NCBI GenBank assembly: GCA_977017575.1 | Contig: CDRNVI010000051.1 | Location: 186,001-250,000, forward strand | Direction of reading: 5' to 3' | DNA length: 64,000 nt | DNA from: Paramoeba atlantica | Taxonomy: Eukaryota; Protista; Discosea | Shown here: positions 37,300 to 47,458 of the stretch, piece after piece | Layout of the letters: every line of letters starts with the position of its first letter | How positions within the stretch are numbered: position 1 is the stretch's first letter | The notes under the pieces: generated by a model | Databases searched by the model: none | What the model was told of the DNA's origin: nothing | What the model saw: only the letters and a program-made list of their open reading frames with translations | Translations under genes and position numbers: made by a program

Positions 37300-38660
37300 G
37301 AAGCAAGAAATGAAATTGCATCTCGCTCTAGTCTACACACTCAACTATAGTATCTCGATCAAGGAGTTCTAGTAGGGAAGTCCAAAGAAGACAGGAAAGC
37401 CTTAGACGTCCTCGCTGAGGTTGGGCCAAAGGGGGACCTTTTCGTAAACCTTTCCAAGGGTGAGATCATTACTCCACCACATACGCCATTGCAACGTCAT
37501 TACAACCGCTGCACATACATCTACGCTATTCCCTCGCATTCCACACTATAAAGTGCGGTACGATGGTAATTTCGATATTCTAGGTAGCCCCGTTGGCTCT
37601 GCAGATCACTGTGATGTGTTAATGATCCACGCCATCGAGCCGGCTTGTGACACATTGGAGGCCACAGCGTTAATCGAAGACCCACAGGTGGCTCTCACTT
37701 TGGCAAGGCAATGTGCCGGCTTCTGCCAAATGGTCTACGCATTACGTACGACCCCTCCCAGGCCCCTGGAGAACTCTGCAAACAGCTGGCCAATCACTTG
37801 ATGAAAGCCGTTGAGCGTGCACTCTTCCCCCTGGACCTCTGCGCCCGAGATCAAATGCAACGACCAAAAAGTCGCGGGGGTTTCGGCTTCAGATCTTCAT
37901 TTCTCCACCAATCAGCCGCCTACGTTTCCTCTGTCGCTTTCGCCGCTGACATGGACAAACCGGATCCAACCGAAGCTGAGGGTTTTAGTGCTGCTGTTCG
38001 CGATATAAATATCAAGACAGGTGTCGCACTGGTCGACCCAAACGCAGGGCACATCCCAAAAACGGCTTTCACCTACACTAGAGAAACGAATCGTCCGGCC
38101 CCGTCCAAGGAAGCGATATCTTCTCAGCCAAGCGAATAGCTCAGCCAAGCGATATCTGAACAGGAATTTATGTTTGTATGCCGAAGCATATGCTAGAACA
38201 AGGGCTCGTTGGGTTTCACAGTTTGAAAAAGAAGCAGGGAACTGGGCATTTGTAACCCCCTCGAAGAGTAGAGGGCTCGCTTTCACCCATAGCGAATTCC
38301 GGGCCCTCTCGCGTTGGTGGCTCGGTATGGATGTCCTCCCGGGAGACAGGCCTTGCCCGGCTGAAGGCTGCACCCTTGGGCTGCTCGAAAATGGGAGCAT
38401 GCCTTGCTCTACAAGAATGGGCACGGGATCATTGCGCGCCATAACGCTCTCGCGCAGCAATTTACAATAATGGACGTCTTTTTGCAGTAAGGCGCATCTT
38501 TTACCGGAAACGGTACGGTTGACGAATCACAAACATGTGAGTACGCTCCTAAGGTGCTCCGGAATAAACCGAACAACAACAATCGCATCGGGCGCTCAAC
38601 GGGCTTCAACGCTCCTATGAAACAGAAGGCTTCTCTTGCAACCAAACAAGAATTTGATTA
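37300..38660 (+). mobile_element. CRE-like LINE pseudogene, RT thumb to C-terminus
   Basis: FDILGSPVGS, EDPQVALTLARQCAGFCQMVYALRTTPP, RGGFGFRS..AAYVSS, FRALSRWWLG..CPAEGC; several frameshifts. Confidence 0.8.
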
Positions 38661-39239
38661 GACACGGGTCGTATGGCATCACAAAGATGATAGATCATTA
38701 TGGGCGTCATATCGAGCCCTGGGGCGTATTCGTCGCAGAACGCAAAAGCCCACACAACAGGAAATGAATTACCCCTTACACGCTAAGATGAAACCGATGG
38801 ATATTGATAAAGCGCGCTCACTGATGGAGCCATTAGTGCGTAAAAGATTTGATGAACTTGTTCAATACTTGTATGTAAACCACCTGGAGCACGCCAGTAT
38901 CTACAGAACAGTCATGAACCATCGCTTTCGAGCACAGATATCGATACACTGATTGCTACGGAAGTGATCGAGCAGGTAACCTTGGAAGAAAAACAAAATA
39001 CGCCAACACAAGGCACGGTAAAGCCATTTACTACAGTAGAAAACCGAACGGAGGGCTCACGTCGTCGATTTATAGTATGGACGATTTATAGTGCATTTGT
39101 ATTGGGGACCTAACTCCTCTCCAAGCGGAGCGTCGGCCATAAATTGCTATGGCTGGCTCTCCGGATTCCGTCGCAAGATTTCCTGTCGTGGCCTTTATGA
39201 AAATTGGGATCCGATATCTCCGAATGTTTAGTTCCTTCT

Positions 39240-39297
39240 GAGGGGCTGCGGGTGAGGCCCAAGACGAGATCACGCGAGATCATACCCGCAACCCCTC
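39240..39297. mobile_element. 58-bp MITE with GAG..CTC termini and 4-bp TSD TTCT (Sola2-like)
   Basis: ttct|GAGGGGCTGCGGGT...ACCCGCAACCCCTC|ttct (TSD 39236-39, 39298-301). Confidence 0.85.
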
Positions 39298-39337
39298 TTC
39301 TGTCGCACTTCGACCCCTCTAGTTATCTGTCACTCCT

Positions 39338-39393
39338 ACTCCCCCTAGTGTCTGTCATTGTTTCACGAAAAGTAGTGACAGATAACTAGGGAG
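39338..39393. mobile_element. TA-flanked mariner-type micro-MITE (CTCCC..GGGAG)
   Basis: ta|CTCCCCCTAGTGTCTGTCA...TGACAGATAACTAGGGAG|ta, with an extra left motif copy at 39319-39333. Confidence 0.7.
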
Positions 39394-39644
39394 TACAGTA
39401 TGGTAAAAATCAACGGAAATCGGGGTCAAAAAGAAATTATTATACTAGTTAAACGTATACTGCTTAAATTTTCATCCTTCCTGTCTGGTTCAATCACGTT
39501 GTTCACTGTTTTAACGTTTTGTTGTGCGCCCACAGCTTGTTCAGAATTCACTGCTTGAATTACTATATCTACTAGGTTTTTAGTGTAATTAGTATATCTA
39601 CTAATTCGTTCAACACACCCCGTACACCATTTACCGCTAAACTC

Positions 39645-40211
39645 TCACACCCCCGCGACTTTCATCTCGTCCATACGACGGAACAACGCGTCCAGCATCC
39701 CCTCCTCCCTCCAAAAATTCGCATGGGCCCATATCGCGACCAGTATCGCGACCGCATAAAAGCAACTCATCCCGCAAAACAGCGGAAGTAACATTAAATT
39801 TCCCGAGACGAATCCAGCAAAGCAACCCCCGAGGGCGACCATGGCGTATACCGTGGAGAAACGCTGGGCCCAGCCCGGGACGACCAGATTGATGATTTCA
39901 TGAATATCCAACTCCTCGGGCAAACCCTCCGGATTGTGACCCCGAGATGAGGAGGCACCGGGGGAAGACCGCTTTCTTGCCCCCGCAGCTTTTTCCTTTT
40001 TTGTGGAGGAAATTTTAGAGGCCACGCTGTGACAGCGGGGGAGAAGCTGAAAAAGTCTGGGTGCCGTCGTTGTGGGTTTCGATGTGTTTTCGGGAGATGT
40101 GGTTATCGAGGCGATAGAGGAGGGGAGGGGAGGAGAAAGGGTGCAGGGAGAAATCGTGAAGAGAAGGGTGAAGAGAAGGGGGAGGGAGGGAGGGAGGGTG
40201 GGAGGTGTCAT
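39645..40211 (-). CDS. Hypothetical small membrane protein (2-3 hydrophobic segments near the C-terminus)
   Basis: 188-aa ATG ORF on the gene-cluster strand; VYAMVALGGCFAGFVSG and LLPLFCGMSCFYAVAILVAIWA; pyrimidine-rich 5' region. Confidence 0.65.
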   Translation of the reverse strand: MTPPTLPPSLPLLFTLLFTISPCTLSPPLPSSIASITTSPENTSKPTTTAPRLFQLLPRCHSVASKISSTKKEKAAGARKRSSPGASSSRGHNPEGLPEELDIHEIINLVVPGWAQRFSTVYAMVALGGCFAGFVSGNLMLLPLFCGMSCFYAVAILVAIWAHANFWREEGMLDALFRRMDEMKVAGV

Positions 40212-40470
40212 GTGGGGTGCGGTGTTATACGTGGTTTGCGTAAGTAGGAAAGAGAATGTTTCAATTTGTAAAATTGACTAAAATTTGGGTGAAAAGGGCA
40301 TATTTTTGCACCAATTTTTCCGGCTGACAAATGTTTTTTATATGTTTGAATATATTCTAGTAATGTAACTATTATAAAAGGAAGATCAGCATCACCTTTA
40401 AAAGTCTATTTGTACAACTATACACTGTACACTATACACTGTAAACTATACACTGTAAACTATCCACTGT

Positions 40471-40720
40471 ATGAGCTTCTACTGCGAAGGATCTGATACA
40501 TTTGAGTGTTTCAAATCCCTAAAGGTCGTGGAACTTGTGGTTACAAGGGATGTCATTATCAATGCCTGGGCCCGTCGACATGGGCTAACCTACGTGAATC
40601 CTCTTTGCCCTTGTTGTAAAGCTCACACAATGCTTTTGAAACGCATGAACGGAATGCAATGTTTTCACTGTCTTTCTCAATGTAGGAAGCGGCTACCTCT
40701 TGAATGCCCTTTTATACCGT
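40471..40720 (+). mobile_element. Merlin/IS1595-like N-terminal zinc-ribbon fragment
   Basis: INAWARRHGL..LCPCC..MLLK..FHCLSQCRKR, followed by short tandem repeats (tatcatatccagtgcacc). Confidence 0.5.
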
Positions 40721-40897
40721 GGATTATCATATCCAGTGCACCAAGTTATCATATCCAGTGCACCAAAAGTTTTTAGATTATCATGTCCAGTATATTATAT
40801 CCAAAAGTATATTTTTACAATTTCAATTTACATATTCAACTTACTTAGATATTCAATTTAGACATTTCTATTACTCGATTTTTTTCCTTCCTTCATC

Positions 40898-41542
40898 ATG
40901 ACAAACTATAAGCGGGTCAGTGAAGGAGAGAGACGCACACTACAAGAGATGTTCGAGGCGGGAGCCACGCGACATGAGATCGGCACGGCTATCGGAAAAT
41001 CACATAGCACCGTTAGCCGTGAGCTGGCCTGAAACAAAAAACGGGGTCGGCGGTACGAGGCCAGCCGTGCTCAGAGAGTATCCAAGAGACGCTTGGTAAG
41101 CAAGCCCGCGCGCCCTCGCATGATCTCTGGGCCCGTGGAGCGCCACATCAAGAAGCGCTTAGGGCAGCTTCACAGTTCAGGACAGGTTGCCAACATTTTA
41201 GTCGTTGGGACGCAAGCTTCGCCGTCTGTGGATACTATTTATCGCCATGTGGCACGTGACAAAGACGACGGCGGGAAGCTCAACAAATCCCTTCGGATTC
41301 GTGGCAAGCGTCCTTATAGGCGTCGCTTCAAACGAGGTCGCCCAACGATCCCAAACAGAGTCCCGATCCGTCTTGGCCCTCAGATAGTTAACAAGAGGCG
41401 TCTGTATGGGGATTGAGAAGCAGACCTCGTGGAAGGGCATAATCACTCAGGTTACATTTTGACCTTGTGTGAGCGGAAGAGCCGATTTCTCGTTCTGCGT
41501 GTTCTACGATCGAAGCATGCCGAAGAAGTGGCGAATCGGTGA
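40898..41542 (+). mobile_element. IS30-family transposase remnant, copy 1 (TGA at 41030 and 41414; C-terminal catalytic part missing)
   Basis: ERRTLQEM..EIGTAIGKSHSTVSREL, TIYRHV..GGKL, IPNRVPIRLGPQIVNKRRLYGD*EADLVEG..GYILTLCERKSRF; these are hallmark bacterial IS30 motifs. Confidence 0.9.
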
Positions 41543-41627
41543 AAGTAAAGGAAAATTCGCTTTTTTTATGACTTTTTAGCTTGACCTTTTTCTTTTCGTC
41601 AAAAGGACATTATCTACGTACATAATA

Positions 41628-42810
41628 TTGTATATGACTATTGTATACCCATTTTCCGTTATTTTCTATGGTATGCCAGGGGTGTTGGGGCCAACGTCGG
41701 GGCAATTCGTGCCAATACAGAGCACATTTAGCGGTCTTGCAGAATGCTTAAATGTTGGTTCCGTCCTCGCATCAACCGTCTCTTTTGCTCCTTTCCCCCC
41801 GGCTGACCTGTCCTCGAAGCCCTTCGCCACTCTTACCCGGATGGGCGGTGGAAGCACCTTGGCCCCAGATGTAATCTACAGTGACGCCCCTTCGCCTGGG
41901 GAGCGGTCGCTGTCCCTACCCACCATGGCACAGCAGCCCAAAACCATGGACGCTGTCCGCCACAAGCACCTTCCTGCCCCAACCGGCTCGAACCGTTTTT
42001 CACCTGGGACAGGAAGATGTGCAGTCACCCTACGGCTTGCGGTGGCCCTTAGCGCCGAACGCGATACACGAAGTATCGCGTGATGGAAAAGGAGGCCCGC
42101 GAACGTCACGGGATTACGCAGCCCCATACAGTCGCCTCCGGGCTCACCGCGTCAAGGTGCACGGCCCTAAACGCCTAAGGGCAGCGTCACGGGTCTTGCT
42201 TAGGGAACACACCCCGGAAACCAGGATTAAGACTGGGCGTTTCTCTTTTTTCAGGATGCTGTAAGAGGAGTTCTGCACGAAGGAAACCTATATCCGAAGG
42301 GCACAGGCGAACGCGACCCCTGGCGGCCCACCTTGGCCCCAGTCCCCCTTTCATTCTCCCCTTTCCCTGCGATAGCGCCAGAGCTACACCCCTCGCAGGG
42401 GGTGCCTACGCCGCCTACCAACCCCAAGGAAGACCCTTTCTCAGAATCCTTCAAGATCCTCCTCGATCTCAGGCCGCAGCGAGCTGGATTCGTCACAATA
42501 AATACGTGTTGACGGAAACTTCGACATTTTGGAGTCCGCTTCGACAATACTGCATCCGCATGTTTCTCACGGCACACGCCATCGACCCTGCACGCGGAAA
42601 TCAGTGATTGGGCTCACGTGAGATCGTCAAGTCGCTATCGTCAAAATCCGCCCGTGCACAGGATTTTGTCAAATGGTTTACGCCCTTCCTACCATATCCC
42701 CACAGGCTCTTTCCCAACTTTATGGCCTACTTGACAGAAAAATTTTCACAGCCCTGGAGTGGGCACTCTTGAAGAGTCTTTCCCCTGGACTCCCACGCGC
42801 GTGATCAAAT
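41628..42810 (+). mobile_element. Rearranged CRE-like LINE fragments
   Basis: 42500-42810 is homologous at DNA level to 37550-37870 (DGNFDIL.., ggattttgtcaaatggtttacgc, gatcaaatccaacg). Confidence 0.6.
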
Positions 42811-43172
42811 CCAACGCAGTACTACGAAAAAGCAAACACCCCAAACATGCACGACTCTACTTCTTGTGCTTGAAAACACTTTTGAGCAAAACGCAAACAG
42901 TTTAATTTGTTTTCATTCGTCCAGAATGCACGCTTCCAGTCTTGGACGGGCCAATGCTGGTGGGCAATCGCAAAGTCTAATCTTTGACGTTTATGGGAGG
43001 CCGTGAGTCATGGCTTCTTTTCACTGTGCCTCCAGTGGAGACCCTCTTCCCGGAGGTGGAATCCTACCGTGGGGGTGCTCACATCAGTAACTTCATGGAT
43101 TTTCCGGTGCTTTGGCACACCTACAACTTTATCTTCCCGGCCGCTCTGGATGAGGCGTCTCGGTGACCTTAC

Positions 43173-43790
43173 GTGACTTCCCCCGCTCTGGATGCATTAC
43201 ATCCTGGTTACATGACACGAAAGCCACAAATTCTCATCAAAAACGAGGCCATTCCACATATATGCGACGAAGGCAGCACGTTTCTCGGCATGAGTATTGC
43301 CCCTGGTTCTCAGCAATCGCGTGCACTCTTTATGAAAATTAGGCCCTTACTGAAGCGTTGGCTACAAAACATCGACCAGTCGGCCCACGACCTCCCTTCG
43401 AAAATTTGGATGTATCAGCACGCTCCCGATTACGCTTCGCATTCACCATACACCCATGTATCACGCTAAACTTCATATTACGCCTCCAAAAGTTGTGCAC
43501 ACACTCCCTTAAACGTTGGATAAACATGGCCAGAACATCATGCAGTGAAGCGATCTACTCGCAGCGGGGATGGAATATCTGCAGTCTCACCAGACTGTGG
43601 CAGGATTTACAGCTGATCTCCTCTTTCAGATGAAGCGATATCGAGACCCAAATGTTACCGTCGCACTCAAAGAAAGGATCCGGGCGGAATCGGCCGCCAG
43701 CATCCACGGCGAAATCCTGGGAGTATCCCGCACCCGGGAGGCCCGCAAAAGTGTGTTCGAACGTCCACCCACCAAAGTAACCGACCAAAG
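43173..43790 (+). mobile_element. Degraded non-LTR RT thumb-region fragment
   Basis: IPHI..STFLGMSI..LLKRWLQNID..KIWMYQ resembles I..v..kyLG..l..I...Kl. Confidence 0.4.
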
Positions 43791-44375
43791 AGAATACCCC
43801 ACTTCATTAATTTCTATAAATATAAATATAGATTTGATTTTTTGTTATAATTAATATTTATAGAAATTAATGGGGGGTGAGTAGTTTGAAGGCGATGGAG
43901 CGGGTAGAAAACTAGTGCCTGACCAAGTGAACAAACCTCCAACGTTTCTCCGGGGAAATGCTCATATCGAAAAAAGAAAGGGGGATAAGTGCAGTAAAAA
44001 GAAAAATGCCAATAAAGAATGTAAAAGTAGCTAATTACTTCGCATAGTTTTAAATGGCTTCTTTACTTTGTTTATCTCTCTATTTTCTTTTGATATGAAG
44101 GGCATTTCGCCCGAGAAATGTCGGAGCCTTATAGACCTGTTCGAGATCGGGGAATATTTAGAGAAAGAAAGAAATTTCCGCTAATATTATTAGTGAAGGT
44201 AGGTAAGTGCATAATTATAAAATAGTACTATGAGACACACCATCTCCCAATAATTTTTAGTGTATTCATTTTTATGTATTTCAGCGAGATGATGGAAGAA
44301 TCTCAGAAGTTTAAGCTATAGACCTTAAAATGAGTTGAACACATACTATATGAACAAGTCGCAAAATAATATAAA

Positions 44376-44966
44376 CTATTTAACAACAAGCTTCGTGCCA
44401 GAATACTTCATGTCAAACTTAGGCAAACCATTCATGCGAATCTCACCATAAAGATTCACGTTATTCGAAACATAAAGCAAAGTCAATGATTCAGGAAATG
44501 TAGAAGAGTCGACTAGACCAGAAAATTCATTTCGAGAAAGAAAAAGATTTTTCATGGTTGTAGGCAGAGCTCCAAAATCAAGTTCCCCAGAGAACATATT
44601 TTGTGTGACATTGAGAACCGTCATATTTCGCGGGAGATCTCCAAAAGGAACAGGTCCTGACAAACTGTTAAAGGCAAGACGGATGTACGTAATCGATGAA
44701 GGCAGATACTCCCACATTGGCGTACCGGACATGCCTCTATCACCCCAGTCGAAGGAACTGATTAGGCCATTGGAAGCATCACAATTCACGCCGTTCCATT
44801 CACACGCAGGAGTGGTTATATTCCACGTTGGATCAATCTTATCCAAGTTCTGAATGTACCGCTCAAGGTCGTATTCTACGGGAAGAGTGACGCCTCTCAG
44901 CTTTCCCAATTTCGAGTGAGCTGGGATATTGTCCGCAGTTGCAACAGTCCCTGGAAAATGGAACAT
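44376..44966 (-). CDS. Short LRR protein, same family
   Basis: SKLGKLRGVTLPVEYDLERYIQ, WNITTPACEWNGVNC. Confidence 0.9.
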   Translation of the reverse strand: MFHFPGTVATADNIPAHSKLGKLRGVTLPVEYDLERYIQNLDKIDPTWNITTPACEWNGVNCDASNGLISSFDWGDRGMSGTPMWEYLPSSITYIRLAFNSLSGPVPFGDLPRNMTVLNVTQNMFSGELDFGALPTTMKNLFLSRNEFSGLVDSSTFPESLTLLYVSNNVNLYGEIRMNGLPKFDMKYSGTKLVVK

Positions 44967-45232
44967 TATAAAACAAATGAAATTACTGCAAATTTTTTAC
45001 ATAAAGAAAAACGTTTTTTTTGAGTTAACCGTTTTAGCCGGCCTTAGTACTCGTTTTGACAAAGGAGAGAACACTGACTTTTTTCAACCTATCGTTTGTC
45101 GGAATTTACAGGGGGGGCGCGATGTTTCTGGGGGTGTCTAAAATTCGTAATACCGGTCTAAACTTAATTACGCCGAAACTTAATTAAGCCCAAAGGCAGA
45201 TTTTGGGCTTAATTAACGTACCAACCATAATA

Positions 45233-46574
45233 AACCCCTGGCCACCAATAAGGCACCCCCTCTTTTTTTTTGCATGAGGGGGTATGGTAGGGTTATCATA
45301 CCATGTTTTCGTTCAAAATTTTGAGATCTGTACGTTCCCGCTGTTTTTAGCTCATGAAAAATAAAAAAATAAAAAAATATTTTACCACTTTAACATTAGG
45401 GTCGATTTATGAAAAAATCATTCCGCAGGCCTCCGAAAGGTGGCCTCAGCCCCCTGGGGAAGGAACTCATGCTTTTAAGGTTTCAAGATGGCATCCCAAA
45501 GAAACGAATAGCACGTGAATTGAATGTAAGCGTGAAATACATTCGAAAATACCTCCGTGATCAACCCAAAATTGAGACGAAAAAAAGCCTAAAGAAATCC
45601 CCACAGAGAAAAAAAATAAAGTCTCGTAAAAAAAGGATTGAAACCATTATTTCTAAGAAAGATGCGGCAGGGGTGCCAAAGTACAACAGTTCAAAGCGTA
45701 TTTCTGTTGTTTTGCGCAGAAAGGGTGTTACTGCAAGCCCTCGAACTGTTCGTCGAGATTTGAGGTAAGCAGGGAATCAATATAGGCCACGCCCAATTTC
45801 ACAAGGGCTCACCGCTGTACAAAAAGAAAAACGCGTACAGTTGTCTTTAAATTACAAAGAGGACACATCGAAATTGATATTCTCAGATGAGGTGTTTGAT
45901 ACAAACGATAATCGAATGAAAATGTGGGTAAAAAAAGGAGAGACCCCTGCAAAGAGACTAAAGGTGCGCTGGGCGCCTAAGTGTCAGGTGTGGGGTGCTA
46001 TAGGAATTAACTGGAGATGCTTAAAAATTTTATCCAGCAGGACCTCTATTACCCACGAAACATACATAGACACACTAAAACATGTTTATTTCCCCCGCAA
46101 AAGAATATTTCAACAAGATGGTGCCACGGCTCATACGGCCAAGGCCACCATAAGTTACCTGAACAAACGAAAAATTAATCTACTAAAAAATTGGCCCCCA
46201 AATTCTCCCGATCTTTCTCCCATTGAAAACATATGGTCAATGGTACAACAAGACGTAAATGAAAAGCTACCATCTACAGTTTCCGAACTGCAAAGGTGTA
46301 TTCTAAACACATGGAGTTCTTTACCGACTGAGATGATAAATGATACCATCTTAAGTTTCGATCGTAGACTGAAGGCCTGCGTCGAACTAAGTGGCGAAAA
46401 GGTAAAAAAGTGGTAAATAGTTTCCACTTTATAAATAGCTATAGGACTAGTGACCAAGTGTGGGAGGACATAAATCCCGAACTGAGATCTGCAAAATGCC
46501 ATTGAAATTAGCTCAAACAAACAAATCAAGCATCGAATTTTTAGAGAGGGGGTGCCTTATTTTGGCCAGGGGTT
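45233..46574 (+). mobile_element. Tc1/IS630-like element, ~31-bp TIRs, TA TSD; transposase 45409-46416 broken by one TAA (45766-68)
   Basis: ta|AACCCCTGGCCA..AATAAGGCACCCCCTCT at both ends; IFSDE, FQQDGATAH, WPPNSPDLSPIENIW; the two ORFs are in frame. Confidence 0.92.
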
Positions 46575-46609
46575 TATATTAATTATTAAGTAAGGCTGTA
46601 CGTCCCCGG

Positions 46610-47032
46610 CTTATCCGTGGGCCCGCGGATCGCCATATTAAGAAGCGCTTAGGATAACTTCACAGCCCCGGAGACGTAGCCAACACCTTAGTTGTTGGCT
46701 CACAGGCTTCACCGTCCGTGACCACTATTTATCGCCATGTGACACGTGACAAAGACGACGGCGGGAAGCTCAACAAATCCCTTCGGATTCGTGGCAAGCG
46801 TCCTTATAGGCGTCGCTTCAAACGAGGTCGCCCAACGATCCCAAACAGAGTCCCGATCCGTCTTGGCCCTCAGATAGTTAGCAAGAGGCGTCTGTATGGG
46901 GATTGGGAAGCAGACCTCGTGGAAGGGCATAATCACTCAGGTTACATTTTGACCTTGTGTGAGCGGAAGAGCCGATTTCTCGTTCTGAGTGTTCTACGAT
47001 CGAAGCATGCCGAAGAAGTGGCGAATCGGTGA
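46610..47032 (+). mobile_element. IS30-family transposase remnant, copy 2 (5'-truncated)
   Basis: Near-identical to 41235-41542; retains GDWEADLVEG; same 3' end and trailer as copy 1. Confidence 0.9.
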
Positions 47033-47458
47033 AAGTAAAGGAAAATTCGCTTTTCTTATGACTTTTTAGCATTTGAGCCCAACTTTCCCATTTTCGAGTG
47101 ACCTGGAATACGGTCAGCAGTCGTGACAGTCCCTAGAGGATGCAACATTACGAGACAGATGGAAATAAATTTGAACTCTTAGTAAATTTTCAAGAGTAGC
47201 ACTTGTAGCATGTATTCCTGCGCCTGGGACATACCGTACCCATGTAGATGTAATACATGTACCCATGTGTACAATAACCTGTTTTGGGTGTATTTCGAAC
47301 ATCCAAGCAATGACAAATTCGAAAGAACAGTGGAGAAGTGTGAAAAAAAGGACTGTATCTATCACTTTGATTAATAATAGATATCCTATACGAATCAATT
47401 CACTTAGATGAAAATGTACATCTTTACTGTGAACGTGTTACCTAATAGGTGGGCCCCA

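Noticed and set aside
40898-41542. Whole window being bacterial because of IS-like genes
   Set aside because: No operons or RBS pattern; eukaryote-specific genes and TEs (hAT, LINEs, PTS1, BRCT, SYCP2-like) dominate.
41539-41579. GT..AG intron after the IS30 ORF that might rejoin the missing catalytic domain
   Set aside because: Sequence after the AG differs between the two copies and encodes no DNG/E motif in either.
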